From Lama guanicoe (lineage: Eukaryota), in assembly GCA_013239625.1 (NCBI GenBank), contig MU054391.1:2013130-2077129 (forward strand): a stretch of 64,000 nucleotides of DNA, written 5' to 3'. The notes under the pieces were generated by a model that was not told where the DNA came from, ran no database searches, and worked only from the letters and a program-made list of their open reading frames with translations. The position numbers and the translations under genes were made by a program. The stretch's first letter is position 1. Every line of letters begins with the position of its first letter. This document shows, piece after piece, positions 38,666-50,599 of this stretch.

Positions 38666-38904
38666 CTGCCTACTGGTTGCATATTTAAAGAAAGTAAAGG
38701 AATAATGAATAGTTTTCAGTCCTTCCATTGTAACCTCTATTTTTCGTGTAGGTGTAGTTTTGATTTGGAATATAAATGAAAGCATCACCTTTCCGCTGTA
38801 GTCTGTAGTCTCTCAGAGAAAAAACATGCTGTGCAGCCTAATAAAACTCTCCAGATGTCCGTGGAGCCAGGATATCTTGTGTCTGTGCCACTGGTGACCG
38901 TCAC

Positions 38905-39010
38905 TCGGATTCAAGAGGTCAGGCGCCCTGCCAGGTGCTTCCCACTCATTGTCTCGTCCTCACAGCCGCCCCATGAGGTAGACTCATTAATCCTATTCTG
39001 CAAATCACCT
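38905..39010 (-). mobile_element. MIR fragment
   Basis: 'caggcgccctgccaggtgctt...tcctcacagccgccccatgaggtag...atcctattctgcaaat'. Confidence 0.6.
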
Positions 39011-39309
39011 GGGAAGGCGTCCCTCCTGGAAATGTCCCCTTCAGGGCCGCTGACACTTGGGGCTCCCTGGAGCGGCCTCGGCCTTGGGAGCTCACGTCCA
39101 TCCTCATCCGCCCGAGTCTCTGCTCTCCCCGCTCCTTTCCCTCCTTGCGCTGACAGTGCTCCAGCAAGATGCTCATTTTAAGACTCGATTAAATGAAGGG
39201 CAGATGCCGAACTTTGTGGGACTTTGGGGCACTGATGTCACATGCTCCTGGAAGCTCCCTTCCGTGGCACCGGCCACAGCTATCAGTTTTCCCAGCTCCA
39301 ATGAGGGTC

Positions 39310-39455
39310 TGTGTTACAAGAAGCCATCCCTTAACATCTGTGAGTCTCAGTTTACTCACCTTTAAAATAGGAAAATAATAAAATCCATTTCATAGAATTG
39401 TGAAGATTGAATCAGTTCAGAAGGGCATTAAGAACACGGTAAACATTTAAAATGT
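39310..39455 (+). mobile_element. MIR fragment
   Basis: 'cttaacatctgtgagtctcagtttactcacctttaaaataggaaaataata' matches the MIR core. Confidence 0.75.
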
Positions 39456-39457
39456 AT

Positions 39458-39519
39458 AGTAATAATAATAATAATTACTATTATTATTGTTACAATAATT
39501 ATTATAACTATTGTTATTT
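39458..39519. repeat. (AAT)n/(ATT)n low-complexity tract
   Basis: aataataataataattactattattattgttacaataattatt. Confidence 0.8.
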
Positions 39520-40182
39520 GTGTGTGGTCTCTTCAGTTTTCCTCATCGGACTGAAGGAGCAGGCACCTCCTTCTCCTCCCCCTACAACGCAGCATCCTCT
39601 ACTCCCATCTGTTTTCTTCAAATAGCTCTCTGCGGTGGAGTTCTGGCATGTGTGCTGGCTGCCTGTGGCGGCCCCGGCGCTCCCTCTGGGGCCGCGTGCA
39701 GCTCCTCCCTCTGAAACGTGGGCCCTGCGACCCACCAGCCTCAGCTCCGAGGCCTTCGCTGAGATTCCGAGACGTCGGGAAAGGTTCCTCTCACACTGTC
39801 TCACAGGGAGAAGCGCGGCCTCTCTGGCTGGGCCCGAGCGGCGGTGATGCGGGCCACCTGGGACCGGGCTCGGGCCAGATCTTCTAGCTGGACTCCGCTG
39901 GTAATGAAACGCCAGCCTCCTCTTCTCCGGATTACTGACTGTGCTCGAACTCACTGTAATCTGCACGTCTATGGAAAACTAGGAAGGGAGACCTTTCTCT
40001 AAGTAAGTGGTGCTTAACCAAGGTCCTCAAGGGCAACGAGATGTCCGTAGAAATTTGCTATCTGCCCACAAATCCCAGCATCAGATAAAATAGAGGAAGG
40101 AAGATGTTTCACTCGTCAGAAGGAAACTGTTGGATCATTTAAAACTCGTCTATTATTGAACAATACTAGAAAACGCATTTCA

Positions 40183-40658
40183 TGTAGTGGAGGAGGCAGG
40201 AATGGTGCCCCACAGATACCCACACCCCAACCCTGTGAATGTGTGACCCCGCACGTCAGAGGGAGCCCTGCAGGTGTGATTAAGATCTGGACCTTGAGAT
40301 GAGGGGGCTGCCCCAGCTTAAACGAGTGAGTCTAATCTAATCACATCAGCTCTTTTAAAAAAAACCTTTCTTGGCTGCGGGGAGCGTCAGGAGGAGGTGT
40401 GGCTACGGGAGAAGCGCAAGAGAGAGTTGGCCCTGCTGGCACAGGAGGAGGATCCTGAGCCCAGGACGGTGGTGGTCGCTGGTGGGAGAGGCTCGCCCCC
40501 GAGCGCCCCCAGGAAGGAATGCAGCCCTGCTGTATCTGGATTTTAGTCCCCGGAGACCCACGTGGGGCAGCTAACCTACAGAACTGTGATACGTTTGTGT
40601 TGCACGTAGCAGGCAAGATTGTGGTGATTTGTTATAGCGGCAACAGAAAGCAGTTCCA
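40183..40658 (+). mobile_element. MaLR LTR (MLT1D/E-like)
   Basis: TG...CA ends. 'ccctgtgaatgtgtgacc', 'gcaggtgtgattaag', 'ccttgagatg', 'aggaatgcagccctgc', 'tgtggtgatttgttatagcggcaacagaaa'. Confidence 0.85.
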
Positions 40659-40885
40659 ACTTTGAAATACCTAAAAACAGGAAGGCAGCTTTGCCAACAG
40701 ATAGAAGCTGGAAAAAATTTGGAAGGAATAGTAGAGAATGCCTAGATTGTTTTAAACAGACTGCTAGTAGAAACGAGGACTTTAATGACTTTGATGGAGA
40801 GAACTCAGAAGGGAGAGGAGGATGGGAGAGAAAAACTAAGTTGTCAAGAGCAGATTATTGGCACCAGCGTGAAATGTGAACAGTG
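40659..40885 (+). mobile_element. MLT1 internal sequence adjoining the LTR
   Basis: 'aaatacctaaaaac...gcagctttg...agaagctggaa...gcctagattg...agtagaaa' resembles the start of MLT1-int. Confidence 0.7.
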
Positions 40886-41344
40886 GTTGTGACTGTTTGT
40901 TGCAACACGGGCCACTTAATTTCCCTGGTTCTCTAATGAGCATGTTTGCACTGTTTAGATGGGGAAGCAGTAAGCATTTAAAATAAAAATAGCATTTATG
41001 TCTTTTTCCTATTTGCTCTTTACTGCATACGACAACAGATCAAAGAAATGGTCTCCATAATTAAAAAACAACATTGCTAGTATATGTGAATCCCTTTAGA
41101 CATGCATAATTTGCTGCATTAACTAAGAGGAATTTAACATATGGTGTAATTCTGTGCCATTACAAAAATAAAATATGAAATGTTTTGTTCTCCATAACAA
41201 AGACCAGGCTTCTGATGATATGCATATGAGAAAAGCAGTAGTCATAAAACATTAATTTATAAAATGAATAAAAGATATTCATGTGGAGATTTAAGGGCAG
41301 AATACCTAGGTGGGTAACACAGTACTTAATGTCCATGACTTCAG

Positions 41345-41510
41345 TTTTTATTTCAATATAAAATGGGAGTCAGTTACAATGTGTCAGTCTCTGGAGCACA
41401 GCCCAATGTCCCAGTCATGCAGACACACGCATAGATTCGTTTTCATCCTCTTTTTCATTAAAGGTTATTACAAGATATTGAATGTAGTTCCCTGTGCCAT
41501 TTCAGTATAG
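41345..41510 (-). mobile_element. Short lineage-specific L1 3' tail
   Basis: 'gagtcagttacaatgtgtcagtctctgg...ttattacaagatattgaatgtagttccctgtgc' is homologous to 26100-26260. Confidence 0.8.
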
Positions 41511-43141
41511 TCTTGATCTCTTTGGATCTAGAGAAAATGCAGAGGGTTTGTTTATAATTTAGGGTTTTTTTTAACATATAAGATATGTATGTTTTATGGA
41601 ATTATTTTCTGCAGAGCTTCTGCAAAGCAGATTTCTGTTTATGAAATTGCAAGGTCACATGTGACTTTCATAACAATTTAAGATGTGTTCCACTAAGAAA
41701 GAATTTTGACCAAAACACATTATGATGCTTTAAAGTCAACTTTCAAAAAGATCTTCTTTGAAGGAAAAAAATAGGACTTTCTTATATGTTACGAACTCAA
41801 AATATTATTGCAAATACAATGGTTACTTAACATTTGATACAGTAGCTTCTGAGAGTTGAAAGCCAGAAAGCCAACTATCTAAATAGATCTCATTTTATGG
41901 GAACATTTTGGTTCTACTAGTTTCTCTTTCCTTCCTGGAAATTCTGTCTCTGCAAAGGGGATGATGCTGCATTTTCTGGAAAAATAGATAAGGTAGTCAT
42001 TCAAAATATAAAAATGAATACTGTGCATGGTATAAACTTATAGTTGCCTGTCTCATATGCCTCCTCCTTTATTAAATTGATTCCTTTAATAAAGGAGCAG
42101 TTATGAACCATTTTTTGTCCTGTGTCTGGAGCACCTACATCCATGAGAGCAAGCCCAGTTTTGGTGAGGCAGAGCAGAAAGAGCAAGGAAAACTGGGTCC
42201 CTGCAGGGTGAGGAGTTGCATATTGCTTCTGTACTATTTTCACGGGAGAGAAATAAATGCCCATCTCATTTCAAGTGATAGAGAATTTGGTGCTGGGAAA
42301 GAAATTGAACAGAAAATGTGGCAGTCTGCATAGGGGAAGAGGTCAAGTTTTGCTACTTGTTATGTAATTGACTGAAAGCAGATAGTTTGGAAGCCTAGCA
42401 AATTTTGAGAAAAATCTACTACCATGTGAAAACCAAAGCCTGGTCTTTAACAGCCTGTGAACGTGGAATCCCTGGATCTATACTAACAGGACCCCTGCTG
42501 CAAAGCTGCACAGCCCGTGGGTAGGGCACTTGCTCGGAAGCCAAGGCAGCTGTGCCCTCCTGGAGGGCAGAACCCGGGGCCACAGAGGAAAGGCCGGGGC
42601 CATCCGCCCAGGAGGACAAGCTCGAGCTGTAAGATGAGGTCCGCATGGGCGCCCCGCTACTCCTTTTTGCCTCCACGGACAAGTGAGTGGTGTGTGCTCC
42701 TTCCTCCTCTTCCAGACGTGAGCTGTCTCGCCCTCCCTCTCCACCGTGGCGCGTGGGGTGCACTGGGAGAAGATGACTGGCCTTTGGGTCCATATCACGG
42801 AGCTTCAGGGAGCCACACCTGAGCCTCATCTTCCGCGATGCGGTGGGCGTTCAAACGATGACCCCCCCGCAAGAGGGGGCACGTCAGATGGGTCCTAAAA
42901 CCCTCCAAAGTGAGTTTTCAGGACATGGAGAGTAAGGTTCGCTCTACTCTGAAGTGAATGTTTAACAACTTATTTGGAAATGTATGTATAACGTGGTGCA
43001 GCCCCAGGCACGCTCCTTGCACACTAGTGAACCATACTAGGGTTAGCTGTGGCCACAGCGGCAGTAAAAAAACCACATGCTGAGAGGCAGCTGTATACCT
43101 TGGACTTACGTACAAATGTTTTTAAACATTTTGTAATTTTT

Positions 43142-43314
43142 GTTTTTCATTTTCTATTTTATCTTAAAATTTTTTTATTTTTAGGTTTTTTTGGGGGGAA
43201 GGGGGAGGTAATTAGGTTCATTCATTTATTTTTTAGCGGAGGTGCTGGGGGTTGAACCCAGGACCTCGTGCATGCTGAGCATGCGCTCTGGCACTTTGGG
43301 TTATTACCTCCCCC
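43142..43314 (-). mobile_element. tRNA-derived SINE, camelid Vic-1-like
   Basis: The minus strand reads ...AGAGCGCATGCTCAGCATGCACGAGGTCCTGGGTTCAACCCCCAGCACCTCC (B box), then AACCTAATTACCTCCCCC and an A-rich tail. TTTTGTAATTTTT flanks both sides (43129-43141 and 43319-43331). Confidence 0.85.
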
Positions 43315-43384
43315 TAGTTTTTGTAATTTTTAAATCAAAGTATAGTTGATTTGCAATGTTGTGTTAGTTTCCGGTATACTGCTT

Positions 43385-43535
43385 AATCTTATCCTATAAA
43401 TGTCATCTTCCCCATTTCAGAGATGAGAGCAATGAGGCTCAGGAAAGGTAAAGCAACGTGTCCAACTCAGCTATTAAGGGACTTAAAAAAATAGATCAGC
43501 TCGTGTCTCCCTGGCTCTGAAGCCTCGTTACTGTG
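43385..43535 (-). mobile_element. MIR fragment
   Basis: 'cccatttcagagatgagagcaatgaggctcaggaaaggtaaagcaac'. Confidence 0.75.
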
Positions 43536-43874
43536 CACATAAAAACAGAATCTTTCACTTCCTAAATACGGCAATGTGAGAGACTTTAATCTTAGGCTGA
43601 TCTAAATGTGTTTCCAAATGTCCCGAACAGGGAGAAGTGTCACATTTCCCCAGCTGCAACGGCCCCGAGTCCCCGCTGTGTCTACGAGCGCGCTGTGTCT
43701 TGGCTGCGCGGGAGCCTCCTCATTTTGTCTGAGGACTCACGTGTTAGACGTTTCATAGAACAGAGGAGCTCAAACTGTACCTTGTTATGAGCTTATATTG
43801 TTTTGGAAAGAACACAAACCTCGGTCATTAACTCTTAACAGCTGTTTTAAAACACAGTTCTCTTCCTAATTGTT

Positions 43875-44760
43875 CCGTAATAGGTAGTTGGTTAAATGAA
43901 TGATGTATATTTTATGATGTGTGGCCATTAAAAAGTACATTTCGTGAGAATGTTCAGTAACATTAAAACTCACTTATGATCAATTGTAACATGAAACACG
44001 GAAGTCATTGTATAATAGGTATTTCATTTTGTTCTTTTTATTTAAAAGCATGTAAATAAATGTGTGGATGAATAAACCGCAGAGAAGTTAGTGGTGACTC
44101 TCAGGATGATAGAATCTATGTGATTTTTATTTACTTTTCTTCAGCTTACTAAGAACATATTTACAATTAGGAAAATGTTATTAATTTATTATAATTACTT
44201 TCTGTTTTGAAAAAATAATACATGCTCTTTGAAAAATGTAAAATGATAAGAAAAATGTAAAGAAAGGAAAAATATCTAAAGTCACATTATCTAGAAAAAA
44301 CGTCTTTAACATTTTGATGGCCAAACCTTGCATCAGCCCCCCTTGCGTGTTCTCACTAATCTTTTAAAAATGGGGTCATAGAGGAACTGCTTTTCCCTAA
44401 CTCTTATTCCCATTCAACAGCATACTGCAGAGCTCCGCATCTGTTCATAAAGTAATGCCATCATTTTATTATGGTTTATATGCATGGATTTCATTAAGAC
44501 ATATATGAATGGATTTTAATTTTCTCCACTTTCCTTACTAATGAAAATTTATTTGTTCCCAATTTTTCTTACCTATAAATCATACTTACTAAATATTTTG
44601 CCCATATATTTAAAAAATTATGTTGCATGCTTCACATTTAGAATTGCAAACTTGTATGAAAAAAGGAGTGCAAATGTTGTATTTTAACGTCAAGTGTGTG
44701 AGAGTCCCCATTCCCCTGACAGGCATTGGTTGTGACTCTCATCATTTTTTTAAAATGCTG
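43875..44760. mobile_element. Degraded L1ME-type 3' fragments (sense, then antisense)
   Basis: AT-rich with old L1 motifs ('ggttaaatgaat', 'gccattaaaaag', 'tgttcccaatttttcttacctataaat'). Confidence 0.45.
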
Positions 44761-44904
44761 CCGTGCACTGTGCTAGTTTCCATTTTACTTCAGTGTTGGG
44801 AAGTGAGGTTGCCTGCGTCATCATACACAGCTACACAGTTACACATTTACACAGCGAGACACACACACTAGGTAGGAAAAATGATGTCCACATTCACACA
44901 TGCA

Positions 44905-45065
44905 GTTTTCCCTTGTCCAGTTTTGATATAAGGATTGTGTTAATGTAGTAAGTGAGTTGAAGGTAAGTTTCTGTTCTTTTTAATACTATGCAGCATTTTA
45001 TATGAAGAGTAATCTGTTTTTAAAAGCTTTGATAGATCTGGCCCATAAACCATTGTGATCTCGGC
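44905..45065 (-). mobile_element. Old L1 ORF2 fragment
   Basis: 'gttttgatataagg...tgagttgaagg...ctttgatagatctggcccataaacc' resembles antisense L1 ORF2. Confidence 0.55.
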
Positions 45066-45399
45066 GACTGTGTTCAGCGCTGTCGCTCAGGAACACCGCC
45101 AGGCGTGGTGTGCTAACACTCCATCGGACTGTGTTAGTCTTCTATTATACACGTATGTAAATTTATTAATTTCTGACCCGTCCCTAAATCGCACGCCCAC
45201 TCGCATCTGAGGAAGACAGGGTCTCGACTGAAACCTGAACACGACTGGGACGGTAACTTCTCCGATGGAGAGCACCGTGCTGTCACCGAGAGAAAGATGG
45301 CTAAGTCTGGAGTGACCAGAAACGCCCACATTTTCACTTGAGTTTGTCTCTGCTGAGCGAGTTGGAAGATGAGCGTGCGGTGCTTTGTGGAAAATGAGT

Positions 45400-47250
45400 C
45401 TTGGGGCTCAGACCTGCACTGGGACTGGTCCCCAGGTGGCCCTGTGCACCTGGAGGGTGAGCGGGGCAGCCCGAAGGCCTGTCCAGCCCGTTGATCCCAA
45501 AGCCGGGGGTGCCTGGCACCGGGTGTGGCCGGGTCCCAGCACAGGCATCTGTCGTTGTCACAACTGGCCATCGGTCTCTTGGGCACCGTGCCTCCTCTCA
45601 TCCGCCGGCTGCATTCCGAGTTTGGTGGTGCTAACTCCCGCTGGGAGCCTCTCCTAACTCCCTCCCTGACAGCATGCGGCCCTGGTGCCTCCTCCCGCCT
45701 GGCCGCGCTCACACGTGGGTCAGGGTTAGGGTTAGGGTTAGCGGAGCGCTGCCCGCAGCCACTAGCCCCGGGCTCCTCGGGACATGACGGGCGCCTCTCC
45801 AGGGACGCTGTGAGCGCTGGGACCCAGCAGCCAGCGATGACAGGTGGCCTGGCCGTGCCTTTGGGACATCCTCCCCCTCGGGACGTGGCACTGACTCCAC
45901 AACTGCTGCATCCCTGGCCGGGGAAGCCCCCCAAACCGCCGTGCCCTGAGGTACCTTCCCCGCTTGCCCCGTGCAGTCCGAAGCACGCTGGGGAAACGGT
46001 CAGCCGGCCTGCTCCCCGGCTGATACCCGATTCCCGGTGGTTTTCTTTAACTGCGGCGGTGCCAGGGCTGACTTCGGACGGGCCTGAGCGCTTCATTTAT
46101 ACGCATACGCATGTAGCATTTGAAATACAGCCGCTTCCTCAGACGAGCGTCGAAGGCGCGCCAGCGCTCCTGGCCCCGGGCCGGCACGGGAGCCGCGTCC
46201 CCGCGCCCGCGAAGCCGCGGCTGCGGGTCAGGCGACACCGCCGACTGTGCCCCCGCCGGGGGCCTCGTCCGGGGCGCGGGCTGCCACGGGGCGGAGGCCG
46301 AAGTCCACGGGGAGCGGCCGCTCTGTGCTACCTCGTCATGCGGGCAAACGAGGAGACGCTACGAGGCGCGCTTCCTCTCCGTCCCCGGCGGCCCGCTTTG
46401 CGCGTCAGCGGCTGTCCTGGTGGCTCCGCGTTTGAGCGCAAGGCCGCTGTTGCGCGCGGTCCCCGCCCCGCCTCCTCGCGCCCTGCGCCCCTCCCGGCAC
46501 CGCGCCTGCCCCGCCAGCCTGCTCAGGACAGCCTCCAGCAGCCGACTGTCCCGTTCCTGCTGCCGCTTTTCCTCTTTCCTCCCCTCTTTCCTGGGTGGCT
46601 CCCATCACGACAAACACGGCTGTAATTTCTCCCGGCTTAAGAACACAGTCTCAGCCGTAACTAACGAGACGAGGCCCTCGCTGCAGCCCCTTCGGCCCCG
46701 GCCCCCTTCCCTGCTCTCCTTTCCAGCGAGACCCGCGGGGAGAGCGACGTGGCCGCTCCGTGGCGACACCCACGCGGCCCTCTCCCGCCCTGGTCTGGGC
46801 GGCAGCACTGGGCGGCCGACCGCGGCCTCGTCCCCGGGCCTCCTCCTTGGTTCCCTGGACACCGTCGGCGCCAGGTTCCCCAGGCTCCTCACTGGCAGCT
46901 TCTGTCACGTGTCGAGCAGCTGCTCCCGCTCGGTCCCTTCTCTTCTTCTGTCCTCAAGGAGGACACGAGGCTCAGCGCTTACCGCTCTGTCCTCATTTTC
47001 TCAGCCTCACTTCTGGAAACACCCTCTGACGCTGAATGTGCGTGCCTACGTTTGCTCTCCAGGGCGGACCTCGCCCCGGACTGAAGACTTACCGCCAGCG
47101 GCCGTCGCAACCGTGCTGTCCGTGTGCCAGGCGCCTCCAGACCAGCACGCCCCAGGCTGGGTTAGAGTGAGGCGTTTTAGACGTGCTCGAGAATGAACAG
47201 GAGCAGATTCCGCAGCTGACTCTTCTAGCGGACCAAGGGCCTGGGAACCT
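45400..47250. promoter_or_regulatory. CpG island, putative promoter (core ~46050-46900)
   Basis: Dense CpG and high GC. GC boxes CCCCGCCCCGCC at ~46461-46472 and GGGGCGGA at ~46288. Confidence 0.8.
45717..45741 (+). repeat. Short interstitial telomere-like tract GGGTCAGGGTTAGGGTTAGGGTTAG
   Basis: Read directly: one TCAGGG, two full TTAGGG and a partial TTAG. Confidence 0.85.
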
Positions 47251-47963
47251 TTGGTCAGGGATTTGTACAGACTGCGTTTGCGCGGACATCCTAGGGAGAT
47301 GACGTGTATTGTGGCGCCTCAGTCCAAGCTAAATGCTCACACACCCACCTCAAAAAGCAGAGCTCAGCCCTAGCTGTCCGCCAGACGTGAGGGCTTCTGC
47401 CAACAAGCTTCCGTTCATTTCATTCAAACCTGAGTGGTTCCAGAACATCACGTCGGAGCTGTCTTCTTCATACTCCCCCCTCTAAAGCAAGCGGGCTGAA
47501 ATGGCGGCACGAACTTCTAACTCTGCCCCGAAGCAAATCGTTGGTGGACAGTGAGACTCGCTCAGCAAACCTCCCTGCGCTCGCGCGTCACTGCCGGCTT
47601 CCACGCCGGGATCCCTTCCTGATGCGTTAATAAGAGGCGGGTGCTGCAGACGTGTCTCAGCTGCTCCCATCCAGGGAAGACCTTCTCTCTTAAAAATAGA
47701 CGCCAGGCTTCATCCTGTCACAGGCCTGATGCGGCTTAGCAGACGACTTAGTAGACAAAGAGGGAGAATTTCTTTGAGCGCCGTTCTCTGCAGCAAAGGT
47801 CACACACAAGAGAGCGCCTGCCATAGAATAAAACCAGGTAATTAAGGTCCTGGAACCCGGGTCCCCATTAGATTCCAGAGCACACTTCCTAAGAAATCTC
47901 TAACCCCACAAAGCGCAGAAGATACCGGGCTTCCTGCAGTGGTTCTCTGTCTTCAACATCTTT

Positions 47964-47988
47964 AAACAAACAAACAAACAAACAAAAA
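47964..47988. repeat. (AAAC)n microsatellite
   Basis: aaacaaacaaacaaacaaacaaaaa. Confidence 0.9.
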
Positions 47989-48479
47989 GACAGTTTTCTT
48001 TCAAATTGCAACTATCTAGGCCCCAAACCCAGAGATTATGATTTCGTGGGTTTGAAGGAGGCCAGTACCCCAGGGACCTGGATTTTCAACAAGCGTTTAA
48101 AACAAGTCTCTGAAAATGACGGCGCAGGAGGTCTGCGAGCTTTGTTTTTGTTGCTGTTACTGTCCTTAGGGTCTCTGTTCTTCTTGGTCTGGGGTAACTT
48201 TTCACTCAAGAAAGGACTATTTTGATGAAGCCTGACTTGCAACCTTTAAGTTGCAATGGCTTAGAACCGATCATTAAGTGCTATGAACTATCCAACTTAA
48301 TGTTACGTGTGATGCTGTGTTGAGTATCCTTCCATAGAGCTCTGCACATATTTGATTGCGCAGAAAACTTAATCTGATTTACAGTCACGGCTTTGGCATC
48401 CTTTCTTGTATTGTTTGTTATTTGCGTAAAAAGTAACAAAGTGAAAAGGAGGAAAACTCTATCCCACTGCTGTCATTAG

Positions 48480-48830
48480 TCGTCTTTTTTTCAACAGTGA
48501 GATCGAGCATTTAAAATATTTTTCAACTGATTAGTTTTTCCTTCTCTATCTTGCCTGTTCATATATTTTGCCCATTTTTCTATTGGTTAATTTTTAAAGA
48601 TTAAATTATAAGCACACTGTAGATATTTGCAACTTTTTCTCGTTTTTGTTGCATGCTCATTTTGATCACAATGCTTATGATCCACAAATTAAAAAATTAT
48701 GTATGAAACCTGCCTTTTCCCCCATGAATTAGCTCATATTTAGGAAATAGCTCCCCATCTATGAATCAACTAGATGCACAAAAACATTTCCATTGAACAG
48801 TGTCTGGCTTAATTTTTTGCATGAACGTTC
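48480..48830 (-). mobile_element. Old L1 fragment
   Basis: 'gagatcgagcattt...ttgcctgttcatatattttgcccatttttctattgg'. Confidence 0.65.
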
Positions 48831-48964
48831 ACGTACCACTAGTTCGTAAGCACCTAGGTCTGCTTGCTCTCTTTGATCTGCCCACGTTTTGGCCAATAAT
48901 TACAGCATGAGCAGCGCTGCTCAGTTACACGCAAACCTACTGCTTCGCTGCCCGGACCTGTGTC

Positions 48965-49125
48965 TTTCAGAGCACGATCCACAAACCGTGAATGTCAAAA
49001 TACTGAGACGTTTCTGAAAAATGGCACATTTCTGGTCCTATTTCAAAACTGTGGAATTCAGAATTCCATCACTGGAGTCTGGACACCTACATGTTGCCGC
49101 ATGCGGTGAGTGGCTTTGAGGTGCC
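48965..49125. mobile_element. MER5-like hAT DNA transposon remnant
   Basis: 'aaaaatggcacatttctggtcc...gaattcagaattcc...ggagtctggacacctacatgtt' follows the MER5A layout. Confidence 0.45.
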
Positions 49126-49739
49126 CTCAGCATGCCAGCCTGTCGGTGTGGTCGGGTGGGGAGTGAACACAGCTGTTTAATCAAAAGAGCTCTCTCCGTG
49201 AGATGAACTCCCACCACCCTGTGCCACCGAGAGCCAAGGCGCTAGAGGAAAAATGCATGGCCTGCAGGAAAATGCATCTTTAAAACACGGGCTATGTCTT
49301 CCTTACTCTTGGGTTTTATCTCAGACTGTGATGATTTATGTTAATTTTAGTATCATTTTTCTGTCTTTAGTTTTTATAATATTTATATGCCTGTTTCTAG
49401 CATTGCATTAATCTAATCATATTGGCTTACTGACATAATAAAAAGTTCAATATTCTTTAGCCATTATCCTGGACACTAATCAAGAATGTCATTACTGCTG
49501 AATTGGCAGTGAGTTTAAATAGACTATCAGACATTCCATATACTCTCAGTCTTTTGACTAACTTGATTTTTGTTGCCTGGGAGGTGTACATTGCTTTAAT
49601 TCTATAAACACATAATTAATTTGGCTTTTTCAAGTATATAATGATAAAAAGCTGAGAAGGATTGACAGACTGACTTTCCAATCATGCATTCACAGCCTTG
49701 GTTAAAGACCCAGCTAGCTGATGCCTGGATTACAGCAGT

Positions 49740-50357
49740 GAGCTCTGAGCTGGACTCTCCCAAAGTGTCCATTCACCAGGGCTTCTGGAGTAATACCTCT
49801 GTGTAATGCAGTCCCCGTATGCAATCCTTAAGCTGCAGTCCACAGCAGTCAGACTGTGGTCCCAGCTCCTTACCATGATGTAAAGATTCTGCACAATTTG
49901 ATTCATAGCTGCTTCTCCAGTCTCATTTCTGAACAACCCCTTTTGTACTTTGACGTTTCATGCCACTTACATATCCCTGCATCATCTACACTTTCTCTTA
50001 TATTTGGTGTTTTGCAAATACTGTGCTCATGCCCTGGAACTCCCTACTTTGCAAGCTCCTAGGCTTAAGCCTCACCCCCGATCTCATACATGCCCCCCCC
50101 ACCCCCGACTAAACACTGTTCAGACTTCAGGATTCATCTTACATGTCACCTTCCCTCCAGGAAGACTTCTTTGGTGGCAAAGTCTCCTCCTCCTGGTTCC
50201 CACAGCAACTTGCCCACCCATTTATAATGCCGATGTGCTTCCTTCAATAAATTTTAAACTCCTTAAGGCTGAGCTGATTTCATCCTTATCTTAGAGTTTC
50301 TAGAGAATTCAGAACCTGGCACATAATTGGCACTCAAAGATATTTTTTTGAATAAAG
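49740..50357 (+). mobile_element. L2 3' portion
   Basis: 'atgtcaccttccctccaggaagacttc...taaactccttaaggc...agaacctggcacataattggcactcaaagatatttttttgaataaa'. Confidence 0.75.
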
Positions 50358-50599
50358 ATATTATTTCATATGTAAATTAATACAAACATATAATCATTAT
50401 TGAATAGATTTATCGGATCTTTATATAAGGGAAATTTATCACAGAAGTTTCATAAACATACAGATTTACATGAAGATTATGATACAATGTATTAAAAACT
50501 GCCCTATTTTTCCTTCAGCACAAAGTCAAATAATGGAAGGAGCGGGCTTTCTCTGGCCATTTCACAGTAGCGTGTGTCCATCTAACCTTCCTGCCTGAT

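Noticed and set aside
42864..42884. CTCF-like motif (also ~24050 and the VNTR core)
   Set aside because: Three or more mismatches to the core consensus when aligned by hand.
43142..43314. tRNA-Ala gene (also 58246-58371)
   Set aside because: The tRNA-like head is followed by a SINE body, A-rich tail and TSDs, and the cloverleaf is degenerate.
45134..47196. Long overlapping ORFs (320, 366 and 358 aa) on both strands
   Set aside because: They are P/R/A/G-rich, overlap in several frames and show no recognisable domain. This is expected from stop-codon depletion in a CpG island.
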